A stretch of 64,000 nt of DNA. Origin: Opitutia bacterium. GTDB taxonomy: Bacteria; Verrucomicrobiota; Verrucomicrobiia; Opitutales; Opitutaceae. Below are positions 19,667 to 32,403 of the stretch, piece after piece. The DNA lies in NCBI GenBank assembly GCA_947478395.1, contig CANJVR010000003.1, positions 128,001 to 192,000 on the forward strand, given 5' to 3'. Under the pieces are notes generated by a model. It saw nothing but the letters and a program-made list of their open reading frames with translations, did not search any database and was not told the DNA's origin. Both the position numbers and the translations under genes were made by a program. The first letter of the stretch is position 1; every line of letters starts with the position of its first letter.

Positions 19667-20428
19667 ATGAGCCAACTCGAAATCAAAAACCTCCACGTCG
19701 CCATCGGGGACAAGGAAATCGTCAAGGGCCTCTCGCTTACCATCAAGAGCGGCGAAGTTCATGCGATCATGGGGCCCAATGGCACCGGGAAATCCACGCT
19801 CTCCAAGGCCATCGCCGGCCATCCCGACTACACCATCACGTCCGGCGACGTCCTGCTTAACGGGGCATCGATCCTGGCGCAGGCGGCCGACGCGCGCGCG
19901 CGCGCCGGTCTTTTTCTGGCGTTTCAATATCCCAGTGAAATCCCCGGTGTTTCCATCGCCAATTTTCTTCGCGCCGCGCTGCAAGCCCGCCTCGCCGAGG
20001 GCGAGGAGATCGATGCCACCGCTTACTACAAGCGGCTCTACGCCAAAATGGATTTGCTGAAGATGGACCGCAAATTTACGTCGCGCTCGATCAATGACGG
20101 CTTTTCCGGCGGCGAGAAAAAGCGCTGCGAGATTCTGCAGATGGCGATGCTCGAGCCCAAGTTCGCCCTCATGGATGAAACCGATTCCGGCCTGGACATC
20201 GACGCTCTCCGCATCGTGTCCGAAGGCGTCAACACGATGCGCGGCCCCAACCTCGGCATTCTGATGATCACCCACTACCAGCGCCTGCTCGATTACATCG
20301 TGCCCGATTTTGTGCACGTCATGTGGGACGGCCGCATTGTCAAAAGCGGCGACAAATCCTTGGCGCTCGAACTCGAGGCCAAGGGCTACGACTGGGTAAA
20401 ACAGGAACTCGCGCCGGCCAACGCCTGA
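19667..20428 (+). CDS. sufC: Fe-S cluster assembly ATPase SufC
   Basis: [37 protein letters not shown]. Confidence 0.97.
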   Translation: MSQLEIKNLHVAIGDKEIVKGLSLTIKSGEVHAIMGPNGTGKSTLSKAIAGHPDYTITSGDVLLNGASILAQAADARARAGLFLAFQYPSEIPGVSIANFLRAALQARLAEGEEIDATAYYKRLYAKMDLLKMDRKFTSRSINDGFSGGEKKRCEILQMAMLEPKFALMDETDSGLDIDALRIVSEGVNTMRGPNLGILMITHYQRLLDYIVPDFVHVMWDGRIVKSGDKSLALELEAKGYDWVKQELAPANA

Positions 20429-20459
20429 ACCTCGACCAAGTTAGCTTGAAATATCCGCC

Positions 20460-21917
<1,458 letters not shown>

Positions 21918-22005
21918 CGCCCACGAAATGACGAATACCGAATGTCATTCTTCGGCTCGTCTATTTCCCTCCGCTGTTCCGCCATCCGAAATTCGTCACT
22001 AGCCG

Positions 22006-23343
22006 ATGTCCGCTCCCACTCTCACCGCAACCCAATCCCTCGTCGGCAGCTTCACGGCTGAAGCGTTCGCCACGCACCTCGCGACACAGTCCGCCGCGCC
22101 CGCGTGGTGGCTCGAACGCAAACGCGCCGCCTATAATAAATTTGCGGCGCTGCCGGTACCCACACGAAAGAGCGAGTCGTGGCGTTTCAGCGCCATCGGG
22201 ACGCTCACGCTCGAAGGCTTCGAACTCGGATGCGTTATCCCTGACGCGCCGCCTTCCTCCGCACCTTTCGGCCCATCCGCGCTCACGTTCATCAACAACG
22301 CAATCGCCCGGCGCTCTGCGCTCCCTCCCGACCTCGCCGCCAAAGGCGTCTTAATCACCACGCTCGCCTCCGCCGCGGCCAGCCATCCCGATCTTTTCAA
22401 AGCTCACTTCATGGCGCAGCCGCAGAAACTCGGCTCCGAAAAATTCGCCGCGTTACACACCGCCTTCGTGGGCGAGGGTGCGTTTATTTATATTCCGCGG
22501 GGCGTTGAAGTCGCCGAGCCGATTGTTGTCACGCACATCGCCGCGGGCGCGGGCACGGCCGTCTTCCCTCACACGCTCGTGATCGCAGAGGAAAATTCGA
22601 AGGTCACCGTCGTCGACTACTTCGCCTCCGCCGAATCGAAACCCGAAACGCAAAACGCTGACCGCGGATCGTTCGCGCTCGGCGCGAATGATCTCTACGC
22701 CGGTCACGGCGCGCAGCTCACCTACATCGCCGCCCAGAATTGGTCGCGGGACACCCTGTCATTCCAGCTCAATTCCACCGTGGTGCGCCGCGACGCCCGG
22801 GTGCAATCGCTCAACCTCCACCTCGGTGCCCGGCAGGCGCGGCACGAGTCGCTCTCGCAACTGCAGGCTCCCGGCGCTTTCTCCGAAATGCTCGCGCTCA
22901 CGGTGGCGGAAGGCGCGCAGGAATTCGACCAGCGCACCCTGCAACTGCACCAGGCGCCCAACACGAAAAGCGATCTTCTCTACAAAAACGCCCTCCGCGA
23001 CCGGTCGAAAACTATTTTCTCGGGCCTCATCGTCGTCGATCCCGACGCGCAGAAAACCGACGCCTACCAAAGCAATCGCAACCTCATGCTCAGCGACGAA
23101 GCCGAGGCGAATTCGCTGCCGGGCCTTGAAATTCAGGCGAACGACGTGCGCTGCACTCACGGCGCGACGTCTTCGCGCATCGATCCGGAACAAGAATTTT
23201 ATCTGCAGGCCCGCGGCATCCCCAAAGCCGCCGCCGACGAACTCCTCACCTTCGGCTTCTTCGAGGAAGTACTCAACAAACTCGCGAACGACGATCTGCA
23301 CGAGGCCCTCCGCGCGTTGATCCAAAACAAATTTAAAAAGTAG
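22006..23343 (+). CDS. sufD: Fe-S cluster assembly protein SufD
   Basis: ESWRF, AQKTDAYQSNRNL, PGLEIQANDVRCTHGAT. Confidence 0.95.
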   Translation: MSAPTLTATQSLVGSFTAEAFATHLATQSAAPAWWLERKRAAYNKFAALPVPTRKSESWRFSAIGTLTLEGFELGCVIPDAPPSSAPFGPSALTFINNAIARRSALPPDLAAKGVLITTLASAAASHPDLFKAHFMAQPQKLGSEKFAALHTAFVGEGAFIYIPRGVEVAEPIVVTHIAAGAGTAVFPHTLVIAEENSKVTVVDYFASAESKPETQNADRGSFALGANDLYAGHGAQLTYIAAQNWSRDTLSFQLNSTVVRRDARVQSLNLHLGARQARHESLSQLQAPGAFSEMLALTVAEGAQEFDQRTLQLHQAPNTKSDLLYKNALRDRSKTIFSGLIVVDPDAQKTDAYQSNRNLMLSDEAEANSLPGLEIQANDVRCTHGATSSRIDPEQEFYLQARGIPKAAADELLTFGFFEEVLNKLANDDLHEALRALIQNKFKK

Positions 23344-23420
23344 CGAGGAGCGAGTGGCGGGCCTCCTGCGAAGTCCGCCGCCCGACCTACTCGCTAACCA
23401 CTACTCACCACCTGCTACTT
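23340..23420. repeat. Degenerate inverted array of 7-bp units between sufD and sufT
   Basis: Left units GTAGCGA/GGAGCGA/GTGGCGG; right units CCTACTC/GCTAACC/ACTACTC/ACCACCT/GCTACTT (reverse-complement type). Confidence 0.5.
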
Positions 23421-23422
23421 TC

Positions 23423-23977
23423 ATGGCCACCACCGACCGCACTCTTTCCCGCGACATCGTCGCCACCCAGATTCCGAGCGGCGACAAACACACGCTCTCG
23501 GCTGGCACGAAGCTTTTCATTCATCAAACGCTGGGCGGCAGCTTCACCGTGCAGACCGACTTCGGCCTGTTCCGCATCGACGGCAAGGACGCTGATTCGA
23601 TTGGCGAAAAGGTCGCCGACAACACCGTCCAAGTTGCGACGCTCAGCGACGGCGCGCCAGATCCAGCCGCGATCTGGGACCAACTGCGGCGCGTGTTCGA
23701 TCCCGAGATCCCAGTCAATATTGTCGACCTCGGGCTCGTTTATTCAATGGACGTCGAAAAACAAATCGAGGTCGCGCCGCCAACGTACAAGGTGAACGTC
23801 GCGATGACCCTCACGGCCCCCGGTTGCGGCATGGGCCCGGCCATCGCTGAAGACGCGAAGACCAAGATTCTGCTCGTGCCGGGCGTAAGCTCGGCCGACG
23901 TCCGCATCACGTGGGAGCCATCCTGGAATCAGTCGATGATCTCTGAAGAGGGGAAAATGAAGCTGGGGCTGATCTGA
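23423..23977 (+). CDS. sufT: Fe-S cluster assembly protein SufT (PaaD-like, DUF59)
   Basis: QTLGGSFTV, FDPEIPVNIVDLGLVY, MTLTAPGCGMG. Confidence 0.92.
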   Translation: MATTDRTLSRDIVATQIPSGDKHTLSAGTKLFIHQTLGGSFTVQTDFGLFRIDGKDADSIGEKVADNTVQVATLSDGAPDPAAIWDQLRRVFDPEIPVNIVDLGLVYSMDVEKQIEVAPPTYKVNVAMTLTAPGCGMGPAIAEDAKTKILLVPGVSSADVRITWEPSWNQSMISEEGKMKLGLI

Positions 23978-24138
23978 TCGCACGCCATTCCCTCGGACTC
24001 GAACCGGCAACGAATGAGCGCGGGGGCCTTCGATTCGAATACTGCTCGATCAAAAGCTCCCGGCTTGCACCCGCGATACCGGCAGAAGCCCCAGCCCGAA
24101 TCACGCCCGGTTCGACGTGAACTTTTCGGAAGACCGGG

Positions 24139-24405
24139 TCAACGCACCGGCGGCGACGCGATGGCTTTGGCAAGTTTTTGAGTCGCTGCAGCGAGATCGG
24201 CCGTAATGCGCGCGACCATGTCGCCGCTCCATTTCTCCTGTCGCGCGAGCTGCAGGCGTTGTTTGAGCCAGGCCTCGTGATTGCGCAACCGCTCCAGATC
24301 GATCCCGGAGTATTGATTCGCAGGATGGCGTGATTGAAGCGCGGCCCAGACATACACGCCAATGGCGGCCGCAAGGACAAAGAGAACGGCGATGGCTTCA
24401 GGCAT
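24139..24405 (-). CDS. Small membrane-anchored hypothetical protein
   Basis: 88 aa: N-terminal hydrophobic helix followed by a charged helical region. Confidence 0.5.
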   Translation of the reverse strand: MPEAIAVLFVLAAAIGVYVWAALQSRHPANQYSGIDLERLRNHEAWLKQRLQLARQEKWSGDMVARITADLAAATQKLAKAIASPPVR

Positions 24406-24776
24406 GGCGCATGATTTTCAGCCACTGAAACACGGAGCGTCAGGGTTTCGACTTTTATCCTGCCGCAGAATTGAAGTATCGGACGATCGATGCGCTCCAG
24501 GATCATCCTTTAATACCTTCGTCAGTTCATCTCCCCCCCATCAGCAACGATCGGCGGATCGCTACCTGCATTGCGCGAAGCCGCACCGTTGGCGCAGGTC
24601 GTTCATGGGCATCTACGCCAAGAATACATCAGATGGAACACGACCGCGAAACGAGACGAGACCGGCCAAAATTGCATCGCCACGGCGATCGAGTGGCTCA
24701 CCGCCGGCAGATCGCCCAACTTGAAATACGCGCACTGCTGATAGCGCCTGGAGGTCTCGAACCATACCGAGTCGGC

Positions 24777-24915
24777 AAAGCGGTTTAAGTTTTCCCGTGG
24801 CCGTTTGGCGTAGCGGCAGGCGTCTCTGCCTGCCGGGTTCGGCGTTCTCGTTTCGGGCAGGCAGGGACGCCTGCCGCTACGTTGCCAGTGGCTGCGCTTT
24901 AGTTAAGCCGCTCTA
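24777..24915. mobile_element. ~140-bp composite MITE/REP element, copy 1
   Basis: Outer IR AAAGCGGTTTAA...TTAAGCCGCTCTA; inner REP doublet GTAGCGGCAGGCGTCTCTGCCTGCCG...CAGGCAGGGACGCCTGCCGCTAC (24810-24880). Overlaps the stop codon of the prenyl synthase. Confidence 0.75.
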
Positions 24916-25938
24916 AACGCGCAGCGCCGCAACTTGGGTCCGAAGCACCTCAACCAGTCCGAGCAGCAGAGGCGTTGACGCAGATCCGGGCCACTCGGCC
25001 AGCGCGGCACTGGCCGCGGCGAGCTCATCTTGAATCGCGCTGGCAACGGCGGCGAATATGTTCAACTCCCTCATCTGCCGGAGACGCAACGCGAGCTGCG
25101 GGGACCGCCGGCCGGTGATTTCCTCGTTAAGCGCGATCTGCTCGTCCGCAGGCAGTCGTTCGAACAGTGTCAGCAGCGGCAGCGTGAGTTTTCCGCTCGC
25201 GAGATCTGTGCCGAGGGTTTTCCCAATCCGCGCCTCTTGGCCAAAAAAATCCGCCAGATCGTCGTAGATCTGATACGCGATACCGAGGTGTCGGCCAAAC
25301 TGACTGGCGGCCGTAACATAGCCGGGTTCGGAACCCGCGAGGCGCGCGCCGAGAAAACACGATACGCGAAAAAGCTCCGCGGTCTTTAGATCGATGATCC
25401 GCTGATAATCGGCCCGCGTGACATTCAGCGAACCCCGGCGCAGCGTTTGCACGATCTCGCCCGCGCAGACGCGGCGCGTGGACTCCGACACGGCCGCGCA
25501 AATCTCGGTCGTGGGAAATTGCGTGGCAAGATGGAGGGCGTGGGCGAAGAGCGCGTCACCCAGCAGCACGGCCGCGGCGGGCCCGAATTCGCGCGATGCC
25601 GTTCGCCGGCTGCGTCTGACGTCGGCCTCATCCATGATATCGTCGTGCACCAGGGTGGCGAGGTGGACAAGTTCGACAACCGCGGCCACGCGCACGAGAT
25701 CGGGCGCGATGGCCGTTGGACTGCGCCAGCCGCTGAGAAAAACCAAGGCTGGACGAATGCGCTTCCCCGAGGTGTCGATGCAGTAGTCCGCCATGGCGCG
25801 GATCTCCGGTTCGAAGGCCTCGAGCTGACCGCGCAGATACCGATCAAGCTCGGCCATGTGCGGCGCCAAATGCGCAAAAACCCCCGCAAAAACGGGCGGT
25901 GCGCCGGACGGTTCTGCGGCGGATGCAAAGCTACTCAT
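24913..25938 (-). CDS. Polyprenyl diphosphate synthase (IspB/HepT family)
   Basis: SGKRIRP, first Asp-rich motif LVHDDIMD...RR, KTAELF, second motif QIYDDLAD, GKTLGTDL. Confidence 0.93.
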   Translation of the reverse strand: MSSFASAAEPSGAPPVFAGVFAHLAPHMAELDRYLRGQLEAFEPEIRAMADYCIDTSGKRIRPALVFLSGWRSPTAIAPDLVRVAAVVELVHLATLVHDDIMDEADVRRSRRTASREFGPAAAVLLGDALFAHALHLATQFPTTEICAAVSESTRRVCAGEIVQTLRRGSLNVTRADYQRIIDLKTAELFRVSCFLGARLAGSEPGYVTAASQFGRHLGIAYQIYDDLADFFGQEARIGKTLGTDLASGKLTLPLLTLFERLPADEQIALNEEITGRRSPQLALRLRQMRELNIFAAVASAIQDELAAASAALAEWPGSASTPLLLGLVEVLRTQVAALRV

Positions 25939-26155
25939 GGAGGTCTGGACGGTTAATCAGGTTTTCAGAAATGACCAACCAATACCCGTCATTTGCGGAA
26001 CTGCCCACAGCCGCCGGTCTGAAACAGCCTCCTCGAAGGCGTCGGGATCATTCCGGCGCACAATTTGCGCAGCCACTCCAATCAAAAGCCGCGCAATGGA
26101 AGCCGAGGGACGGACCGACATCACGGCGTAATCGTTCACATTGATGAAGATACAT

Positions 26156-26184
26156 AAAAAACCCACCGCGATATTGCGGTGGGT
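26156..26184 (-). terminator. Intrinsic terminator after the bS22-like gene
   Basis: Minus-strand hairpin ACCCACCGC-AATATC-GCGGTGGGT followed by a T-run. Confidence 0.75.
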
Positions 26185-26213
26185 CGGAAAGCCAAAATTG
26201 AATAGCGGCCAGA

Positions 26214-26315
26214 CTACTTCTGCCACGTACGCTTCTTGTGCCGGTTCGACTTCAAGCGCTTCCGGCGCTTGTGCTTGTTCATCTTCAGACGACGTTTCTT
26301 TTTCAGGTTGCCCAT
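26214..26315 (-). CDS. Small basic AURKAIP1/COX24-domain protein (30S ribosomal protein bS22/mS38-like), 33 aa
   Basis: Translated by hand: [33 protein letters not shown]. Below the ORF-track size cutoff; followed by a terminator. Confidence 0.85.
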   Translation of the reverse strand: MGNLKKKRRLKMNKHKRRKRLKSNRHKKRTWQK

Positions 26316-26377
26316 GGTGCTTGAGAGTTTGTGAGGGGCCAACGTGCGAAACGCATCTCTCACTGTAAAGCCCGAAT

Positions 26378-29300
26378 TTATGCCTTTGCGGTCGTGACCG
26401 CAAAGCTCCTCTGCGAGCGCACCAAAACAATTTCGCCGCGCACGGTATCGCGGCCCAAATTCGTCAGCAAGGCGATCGCCCGGGAGTACAGGTTGAGCTG
26501 CGCAGCATACCGCTCGGCGGCGCCCGCTTCGGCTGTATCGGTTTTAAAGTCGTAGACGCAGGCACCCAGCGCCCGGCCCGCTTCGTCGCAGTCAACGACC
26601 ACCCGATCAAAAACGCCCGTCACCCACGTCCCTTCGTCGATAAATTCGAACGCGCGTTCTCGCCAAACCTTCGCTCCAGCCCGACGTTTCCAGATGTCCT
26701 CGAGCTGCGGCGCACTGATGCAAGCCAACGCCAGTTCGCCAGCTAACCCTTGACCCGCCCAAGCCAAGCGGAAGCGCGCGATTTCGGCCTCGTCCACCCA
26801 TTCCACGGTCGCCAGTAACGCGTGCACCTCGCGGCCAAACTCCACCGCCGTCACCCGATCCGCCTCCCCCGCGAACAAGCGCGCCGCATCAACGATGCCC
26901 GCGCGATCGTCCGACGGCCGCCGCGCCGGTAGACGTTGTGACTTCCGGACGCGCGCTGCGTCGAGCCGAACTAATTCCCGCGGCACCAACGCCGGGGTCG
27001 GCGGCAACGCTAGTTTCAAATGCCAATCGGCATCCCCCACGGCCAACGCGCCCGCAAAAGTTTTCGGTCCGACGCGCACGTCGGTATTTTCATCGCCCAG
27101 CGTTTCCGCCAAAAGCCTGGGGAAATTGCGGGACGCCGATTTGCCCGGGGATTTCGTGATCAGGTACATCGCACGCTTCGCGCGTGTCATGGCCACGTAG
27201 AGCAACGAGAGGTTTTCATAACACGCGGCCGCCTCATCAGCCCGGACCTGCGCGCTCAACGTGGCGTCCGGTTCAATAAATAGTTTTCCCGGCAGTTCAG
27301 TGATCCACTCAACGGTGCGATCATCCGCACGGCGCACAGCCAAACCATCTCTCCGGCCATCGAGTTTCGTGCCCTCCAAGTCCGGCAGGATCACGAGATC
27401 GAAGCCAAGGCCCTTCGCCTTGTGCACCGTCATCACCCGCACCACGGCAGCCGGATCGGATTCGCGCACCGCGTGCCGCTCCATGAACTGGATAAACTCC
27501 GCCACTGCGCGGCTCCCCGTCGCATCGAATTGCCGGGCCGCCCCGATAAACTGAGCGGCGCGCTCGCGGCTAAACCGATCATCCGGCGAGAGCCGCGGCT
27601 CCAGTTTCTGCCACCACGCGTCCAGCGTCCGCTCGAAACCTTCCGCGTGAATTTGACCCAACACGCGCCGCGTCAACTCCTCCGGCACCGCCGCTTCTTC
27701 CGCGGCGAGCACCGCCCCCAGCGGCGTCATGTTCAGATGCCCGCGCGCGAGCGTGTCGCCCGGATGCGCTGCGGCCTGTAACAACGCGAGCAGCACCGCG
27801 CCGATCGGATTATCCGTCGCGATGCGCAGGTCTGATTCCGCCACGGCCGGCACGCCGCCTTCGCGACGAAGGTATTCCGCGAGACGCGACGCCGTGTCGT
27901 TTTTCTGCACCAGCAACACGCAAGTGAGCCCACGTTCGAGCGGTTCGATCGCGTGTAACAACGCGAGCGCGGTCGCGAACCGCGCCGTCTCGTCTTCCGC
28001 GTGCAGCAGCGCCGCGTGACCACCGAGCTCCGGCTTCGCCGACTTATGATCGAGCCATTCCTTGTTCCACGCCTCCGAGGCCACACCGGGAAATAATTCC
28101 ACCATCACCGCCGCGTCCCCGAAAACCCGGTTGACCAGTTCGATCACCGCCGGCCCTGAGCGATATGACTCCACCAGATGCCGCTCCGCAATGCGGCCGG
28201 GCTGCGCGAAATTGTAGTGATTGAAAATCTCCCGAAACAAACGCGGGTCGCCGTCGCGCCAGGCGAAAATCGCCTGCTTCACATCCCCTACATAGAAAAA
28301 ACTCCTTCCCCCGGTCGGATCCTGCACCGCTTCGTCGATCAGGTTTTTTAACACCGACCACTGCCCGAAACTCGTGTCCTGAAATTCATCGAGCAGCCAG
28401 TGGTCGATTTCCGCATCGAGCCGAAAATCGATCAACAGCCGTTGCTCGTCGCTCGCCTCGCGCGAAAGCATCCTAGCTCCGTCGCGCCCCGGTCGCAGCA
28501 GTCGCTGCACATCGCCAAACGTCAATTTTCCCGCCCGCCGGACCGCATCGTGATAAACCGCTTCGTAGCCCCGCAGCACCGCGTGAATACCCTGGGTGAT
28601 TTCCATCCGACGCGCCAGTTCGCGTCCGACCACGTGCCGCGTGAGCTCCGCGAGCGCCGCCCCAGCCACCACACCCAGCTCTTGCTTTTTGCGATCGAAC
28701 TCCAACACGGCGCTCCCCGCTTTCAGTTCCTCCCATGCGCCCAACGCCTTTTCGAGCACGTAAGCCATCGCCCGCGGCGGCGTCACGCCGGGTGACCATG
28801 CCGTCAGCACCTCAATAAACTCGTTCCAGCGGACGCGTTGCTTGTCGCCGATGTCAGCCGCATCGATCCACGCGCGCAGTCTCTTTACCGCCTCTTCGGG
28901 GTGCGTCACGACCTCCAACCATTCGCATCCTTCGGGCCAGATTTTGTCCGCGTGACCCCAAAGCTCGCGATCCGGCGCGGCGAGAAATATTTCCTGATGC
29001 TCGTCGATGAAGCGGTCGAGCTGAGCCCCCAGACGCTTCTCGTCCGCGCCGAACGTCGCGCGCTTGAACGCCTCGATAAATTCCCGCTGCGCCTCGGCCA
29101 GTTCGCCCACGCGCTCGAACATGCGGCGCAACACCCGACCGCGCTCCATCTGCGCGGCGTGGGGTTGCAAAAGCTCGAAGTCGCCCGCCAGCCCGAGCTC
29201 CAGCGGGAAATTTCGCGCCACGCGCGCAAAAAATCCATCGAACGTCCCCAGCCGCAGCCGGTGCATCGCATCCGCGACCGTGCGCAGCATTTTCAGAAAA

Positions 29301-29584
29301 TCCGCGGGGCCTAATTCCGGCTGACCCGCCGCGCGTGCTTCCCCGTCGGGTACTTCGATCTCGCGCCCGAGCCGCTGGGCGAATTCCGGTTCACGTGCTG
29401 CGCGGGCGAGCTTGTTGAGGATCTCGTCGAAAAATTCGCCCGCCGCCTTGCGCGTGAAGGTGAGCGCCACGATACGCTCCGGCTTCGCGCCCAACGCCAG
29501 CAGCCGGACGAAGCGGTTCGTGAGCGCATAGGTTTTCCCGGAGCCCGCCGACGCCAGAATCATCACGTGGCCAATCGACATCAT
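26378..29584 (-). CDS. addA: AddA/RecB-like UvrD helicase-nuclease
   Basis: [57 protein letters not shown]-terminal GVFDRV...YDFKT nuclease. Confidence 0.9.
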   Translation of the reverse strand: MMSIGHVMILASAGSGKTYALTNRFVRLLALGAKPERIVALTFTRKAAGEFFDEILNKLARAAREPEFAQRLGREIEVPDGEARAAGQPELGPADFLKMLRTVADAMHRLRLGTFDGFFARVARNFPLELGLAGDFELLQPHAAQMERGRVLRRMFERVGELAEAQREFIEAFKRATFGADEKRLGAQLDRFIDEHQEIFLAAPDRELWGHADKIWPEGCEWLEVVTHPEEAVKRLRAWIDAADIGDKQRVRWNEFIEVLTAWSPGVTPPRAMAYVLEKALGAWEELKAGSAVLEFDRKKQELGVVAGAALAELTRHVVGRELARRMEITQGIHAVLRGYEAVYHDAVRRAGKLTFGDVQRLLRPGRDGARMLSREASDEQRLLIDFRLDAEIDHWLLDEFQDTSFGQWSVLKNLIDEAVQDPTGGRSFFYVGDVKQAIFAWRDGDPRLFREIFNHYNFAQPGRIAERHLVESYRSGPAVIELVNRVFGDAAVMVELFPGVASEAWNKEWLDHKSAKPELGGHAALLHAEDETARFATALALLHAIEPLERGLTCVLLVQKNDTASRLAEYLRREGGVPAVAESDLRIATDNPIGAVLLALLQAAAHPGDTLARGHLNMTPLGAVLAAEEAAVPEELTRRVLGQIHAEGFERTLDAWWQKLEPRLSPDDRFSRERAAQFIGAARQFDATGSRAVAEFIQFMERHAVRESDPAAVVRVMTVHKAKGLGFDLVILPDLEGTKLDGRRDGLAVRRADDRTVEWITELPGKLFIEPDATLSAQVRADEAAACYENLSLLYVAMTRAKRAMYLITKSPGKSASRNFPRLLAETLGDENTDVRVGPKTFAGALAVGDADWHLKLALPPTPALVPRELVRLDAARVRKSQRLPARRPSDDRAGIVDAARLFAGEADRVTAVEFGREVHALLATVEWVDEAEIARFRLAWAGQGLAGELALACISAPQLEDIWKRRAGAKVWRERAFEFIDEGTWVTGVFDRVVVDCDEAGRALGACVYDFKTDTAEAGAAERYAAQLNLYSRAIALLTNLGRDTVRGEIVLVRSQRSFAVTTAKA

Positions 29585-32403
29585 GGCTCCGCCCCCCGGA
29601 ACGAAGCATCTGCGCTCCCCTTCCACTCCACGCTCTCGGCCACGCCGTGATGAAAAAACGTCGCGAAGTCATCGTACTCGGCGCGCATGTGCTCGTTCGG
29701 CGGCCAGAATTCGCCCGCGCGAATCGCCGCCGCCACGCCTTCCGCGCAGCGCCACGCCGACTCCGCGAGCGCCCGCGAATAGCCTTCCCACACCGCGATG
29801 CCCGTCTCGGTCGAGGCCTTTGGCAGATTAAAATATCCGCTCGTGATCTCCCCGGGATACTCGGCCGCAAGCGCGCGCAAATAAATTGGGAGCTGCAAAT
29901 CCCGCCATACTTGCTCCCGCCCTTCACCGGCCGGCACCCGGGCAAACTCACGCCCGATTTCATCAGCGCGGACATTCCGCCAATGGGCCTCCACGGGGTT
30001 CACCGGTTTGTCGGATGTTTTATAATCGAGCACGCGAATCGCGCCCGTCGTTTCATGTCGGTCGATGCGGTCGATTTTTCCGCGGACTTTCAGCCCCGCT
30101 ATTTCGAGTTCGAAACTCCACTCTACGCGTTCGATCACCCAACCTTCCGCGCGGGTTTGGGCCTGGACTTCGGCCACACGGGCCAGTCGCTGCCGCGCCG
30201 ATTCGAGCTGAACGAGCAAGGGCAACGTGAGCTCCTGGCCAAATCGTTTCGCGGCTTCGAGGTTGAGTGCCCCCAACAAAAATTCCCGGAGAACGCTCGC
30301 GTCCGCGCAATCCCGCAGCCCGGGTTCGCGGCCCATCGCTTCCAAGGCGGCGTGACACAGAATTCCAAAATCCAATTCATCGAGTTCGGTTTTTCCCGGA
30401 TCGACCGGCTGCATTTTTAAAACCCGCGAGAGATAAAATCGAAACGGGCAATCGAGCCACGCGCGCAAACCCGTCACCGCTAAGCTTGCCGGCGCGGACC
30501 GGCGTTCGGGTTCAAGCCGCCACGCCCGCCGCCAAGATGGATTCGGCCGCGACGCCGTCACCGCGCCAAAAAGAAATGCGATTCGTTGCGGCAACTCGCC
30601 GTCGGCGCAGCGCAGCAAAAGTCGCGATGGCCGCAGCGGATCGCCGGCCGTCGACGTTTTTCCGAGGAGCAGATCGAGGCGTCCCTCCCCGCTCCGACTC
30701 TTGGCGAGCGCCTGCAAGAAGTACGCATCACGGGCCAAGCGCGCGGCGTTGGTTTTAAGACCGAGCCGCTCGCGCAGTGACTCCGGCAAAAACGGATCGC
30801 CCACGATCGCATCCGGCACCCGGCCGTCGTTCAGTCCGGCGACCACGAGATGCGGCGCATCCTCCCAGAGGAGCTCGAGCCAGCCTTGCAGTTCCACCGC
30901 ACCCGCCGGTTTTTCGACGGAATAAATTTCTTCCGCGTAAAGGCCCAGCGCGAGATCCCACCACTCCCGATTCTCCACCCCGCGAAAATGTTTTACCGCC
31001 CCGGCGAGCTCACGCGTGATTTCGGTCCATACCCGGACGGCCTCCGCCGCCAACGCGTCCGACGGGAGCGCTAGATTGAACTCCCGCCCGGCGAAAATCA
31101 GGCCAAGCACGGATGCGGCGTTACCGGGAAACGAGCCTGCGGTGAGCGTCGCGCGTAGTTCCGCGACGGCAGCCAGTTCGACGCGCTTCGGCGCATGCCG
31201 GCGCAATTCCGTCAGATCCGGCGGCAGATGTTCGGTGTGCCAGCGGTCGAGGTCCGCCAGAAAACGCGCAGCGGAAAAATTGGCTCCGACCCGCACGCCG
31301 AGGAATTTCAAAACATCCGGGCAACGCACCAAAGTGGCCACCGCGACAAACGTGTCGGCCCGCGCCAATCCCGCGAGCGCGGAGAGCAGTTGAAAAAGTC
31401 CGTCGCCACGTCGCGAGCGACCTTCCGGATTGAAGCCCGCCAACCCGACGCGCCGTAATCCTGTTTCCAGCGGCGAGAAAACTTCAGCGTCCGCCACGCC
31501 CACCGCGAGCACGCCCTCGCTCGCGCGATAGTGGTCGGCCTCAGCCACAACTTGCTCCGCTTGCGTCCCTGGGTCCGCGCTGAGCCATACGTGCTGCTCG
31601 AAGCCCGCGAATTCCAACGAACGCTTCGCCCAGGTTTCCGATTCCGGCCGGCCCCAACCATCGAACGCCGCGGCGTCCGTTTGGGGCGCGAACACAACCA
31701 CGTCCACGGGCCACGATCGCGCGTGCACGTCTAACGCGCGCAAGGCGAGCGGCACCGGGTCGGCGACCGCCAGCATCACGATACGATTGACGCCTTCGGG
31801 CCAGATGGGCGCCGCGGCGCGAGCAATTTTAGCCGCAGGACCGTCGCGAAGGCTGCGCACCGCCAGACTTTCGGCGTGGCGTCGCTCCAGCCGAGCGATC
31901 TGCTGCCACCGTTCGACTTCCGGAAAATCTCCGCCGGCTCGGGCGGGCACGTCCGCCAAAGTGAGTCCCGCTTCCGCGAGTACGCCCTGCAGTCGCGCAA
32001 AATCCTGCGCGAGCCGCAGCGCCCAGCCGAAATTACGATCGGGCGGATCGACGGGAAATATCTGGCGAAAATCGTCCAGATCGAGCGCGCGAAAGACCTC
32101 GGCCCATGTCAGCAGCGACTCCAATCGCGAAGCCACCCCCGTCGTCGGTTCGGTGGCCATGAGTGCGTCGGGCGTAAGCACGCGTGGCGGAAACGCCGCC
32201 TGATGCCGCGTCGCGGCGTGCGCCGCCAGCGCTTCGCGCAGCCGGCGGCCCGACTGACGCGTGGGCACGATCACCAACAGATGCGCGAGATCCAGCGGGC
32301 CGTCTTCTTTCCAATCAGCCGAGAGAAACGTCACCGCTTGGGTCAGCAGCGGCCGGTCCCAAGGCAAAAAATGACGGCGGACGTTGGGCGACGGAGGGAC
32401 CAC
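29581..32403 (-). CDS. addB: AddB-like inactive helicase / PD-(D/E)XK nuclease
   Basis: VIVPTRQSGRRL, CPFRFYL, VRGKIDRID...LDYKT, LQLPIY. ATGA overlap with addA. Start is approximate. Confidence 0.85.
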   Translation of the reverse strand: MVPPSPNVRRHFLPWDRPLLTQAVTFLSADWKEDGPLDLAHLLVIVPTRQSGRRLREALAAHAATRHQAAFPPRVLTPDALMATEPTTGVASRLESLLTWAEVFRALDLDDFRQIFPVDPPDRNFGWALRLAQDFARLQGVLAEAGLTLADVPARAGGDFPEVERWQQIARLERRHAESLAVRSLRDGPAAKIARAAAPIWPEGVNRIVMLAVADPVPLALRALDVHARSWPVDVVVFAPQTDAAAFDGWGRPESETWAKRSLEFAGFEQHVWLSADPGTQAEQVVAEADHYRASEGVLAVGVADAEVFSPLETGLRRVGLAGFNPEGRSRRGDGLFQLLSALAGLARADTFVAVATLVRCPDVLKFLGVRVGANFSAARFLADLDRWHTEHLPPDLTELRRHAPKRVELAAVAELRATLTAGSFPGNAASVLGLIFAGREFNLALPSDALAAEAVRVWTEITRELAGAVKHFRGVENREWWDLALGLYAEEIYSVEKPAGAVELQGWLELLWEDAPHLVVAGLNDGRVPDAIVGDPFLPESLRERLGLKTNAARLARDAYFLQALAKSRSGEGRLDLLLGKTSTAGDPLRPSRLLLRCADGELPQRIAFLFGAVTASRPNPSWRRAWRLEPERRSAPASLAVTGLRAWLDCPFRFYLSRVLKMQPVDPGKTELDELDFGILCHAALEAMGREPGLRDCADASVLREFLLGALNLEAAKRFGQELTLPLLVQLESARQRLARVAEVQAQTRAEGWVIERVEWSFELEIAGLKVRGKIDRIDRHETTGAIRVLDYKTSDKPVNPVEAHWRNVRADEIGREFARVPAGEGREQVWRDLQLPIYLRALAAEYPGEITSGYFNLPKASTETGIAVWEGYSRALAESAWRCAEGVAAAIRAGEFWPPNEHMRAEYDDFATFFHHGVAESVEWKGSADASFRGAEP

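Noticed and set aside
24406..24776. Short ORFs between the small membrane gene and element copy 1 (likewise 14917-15322)
   Set aside because: No motifs or convincing coding signal; possibly decayed sequence, but not supportable.
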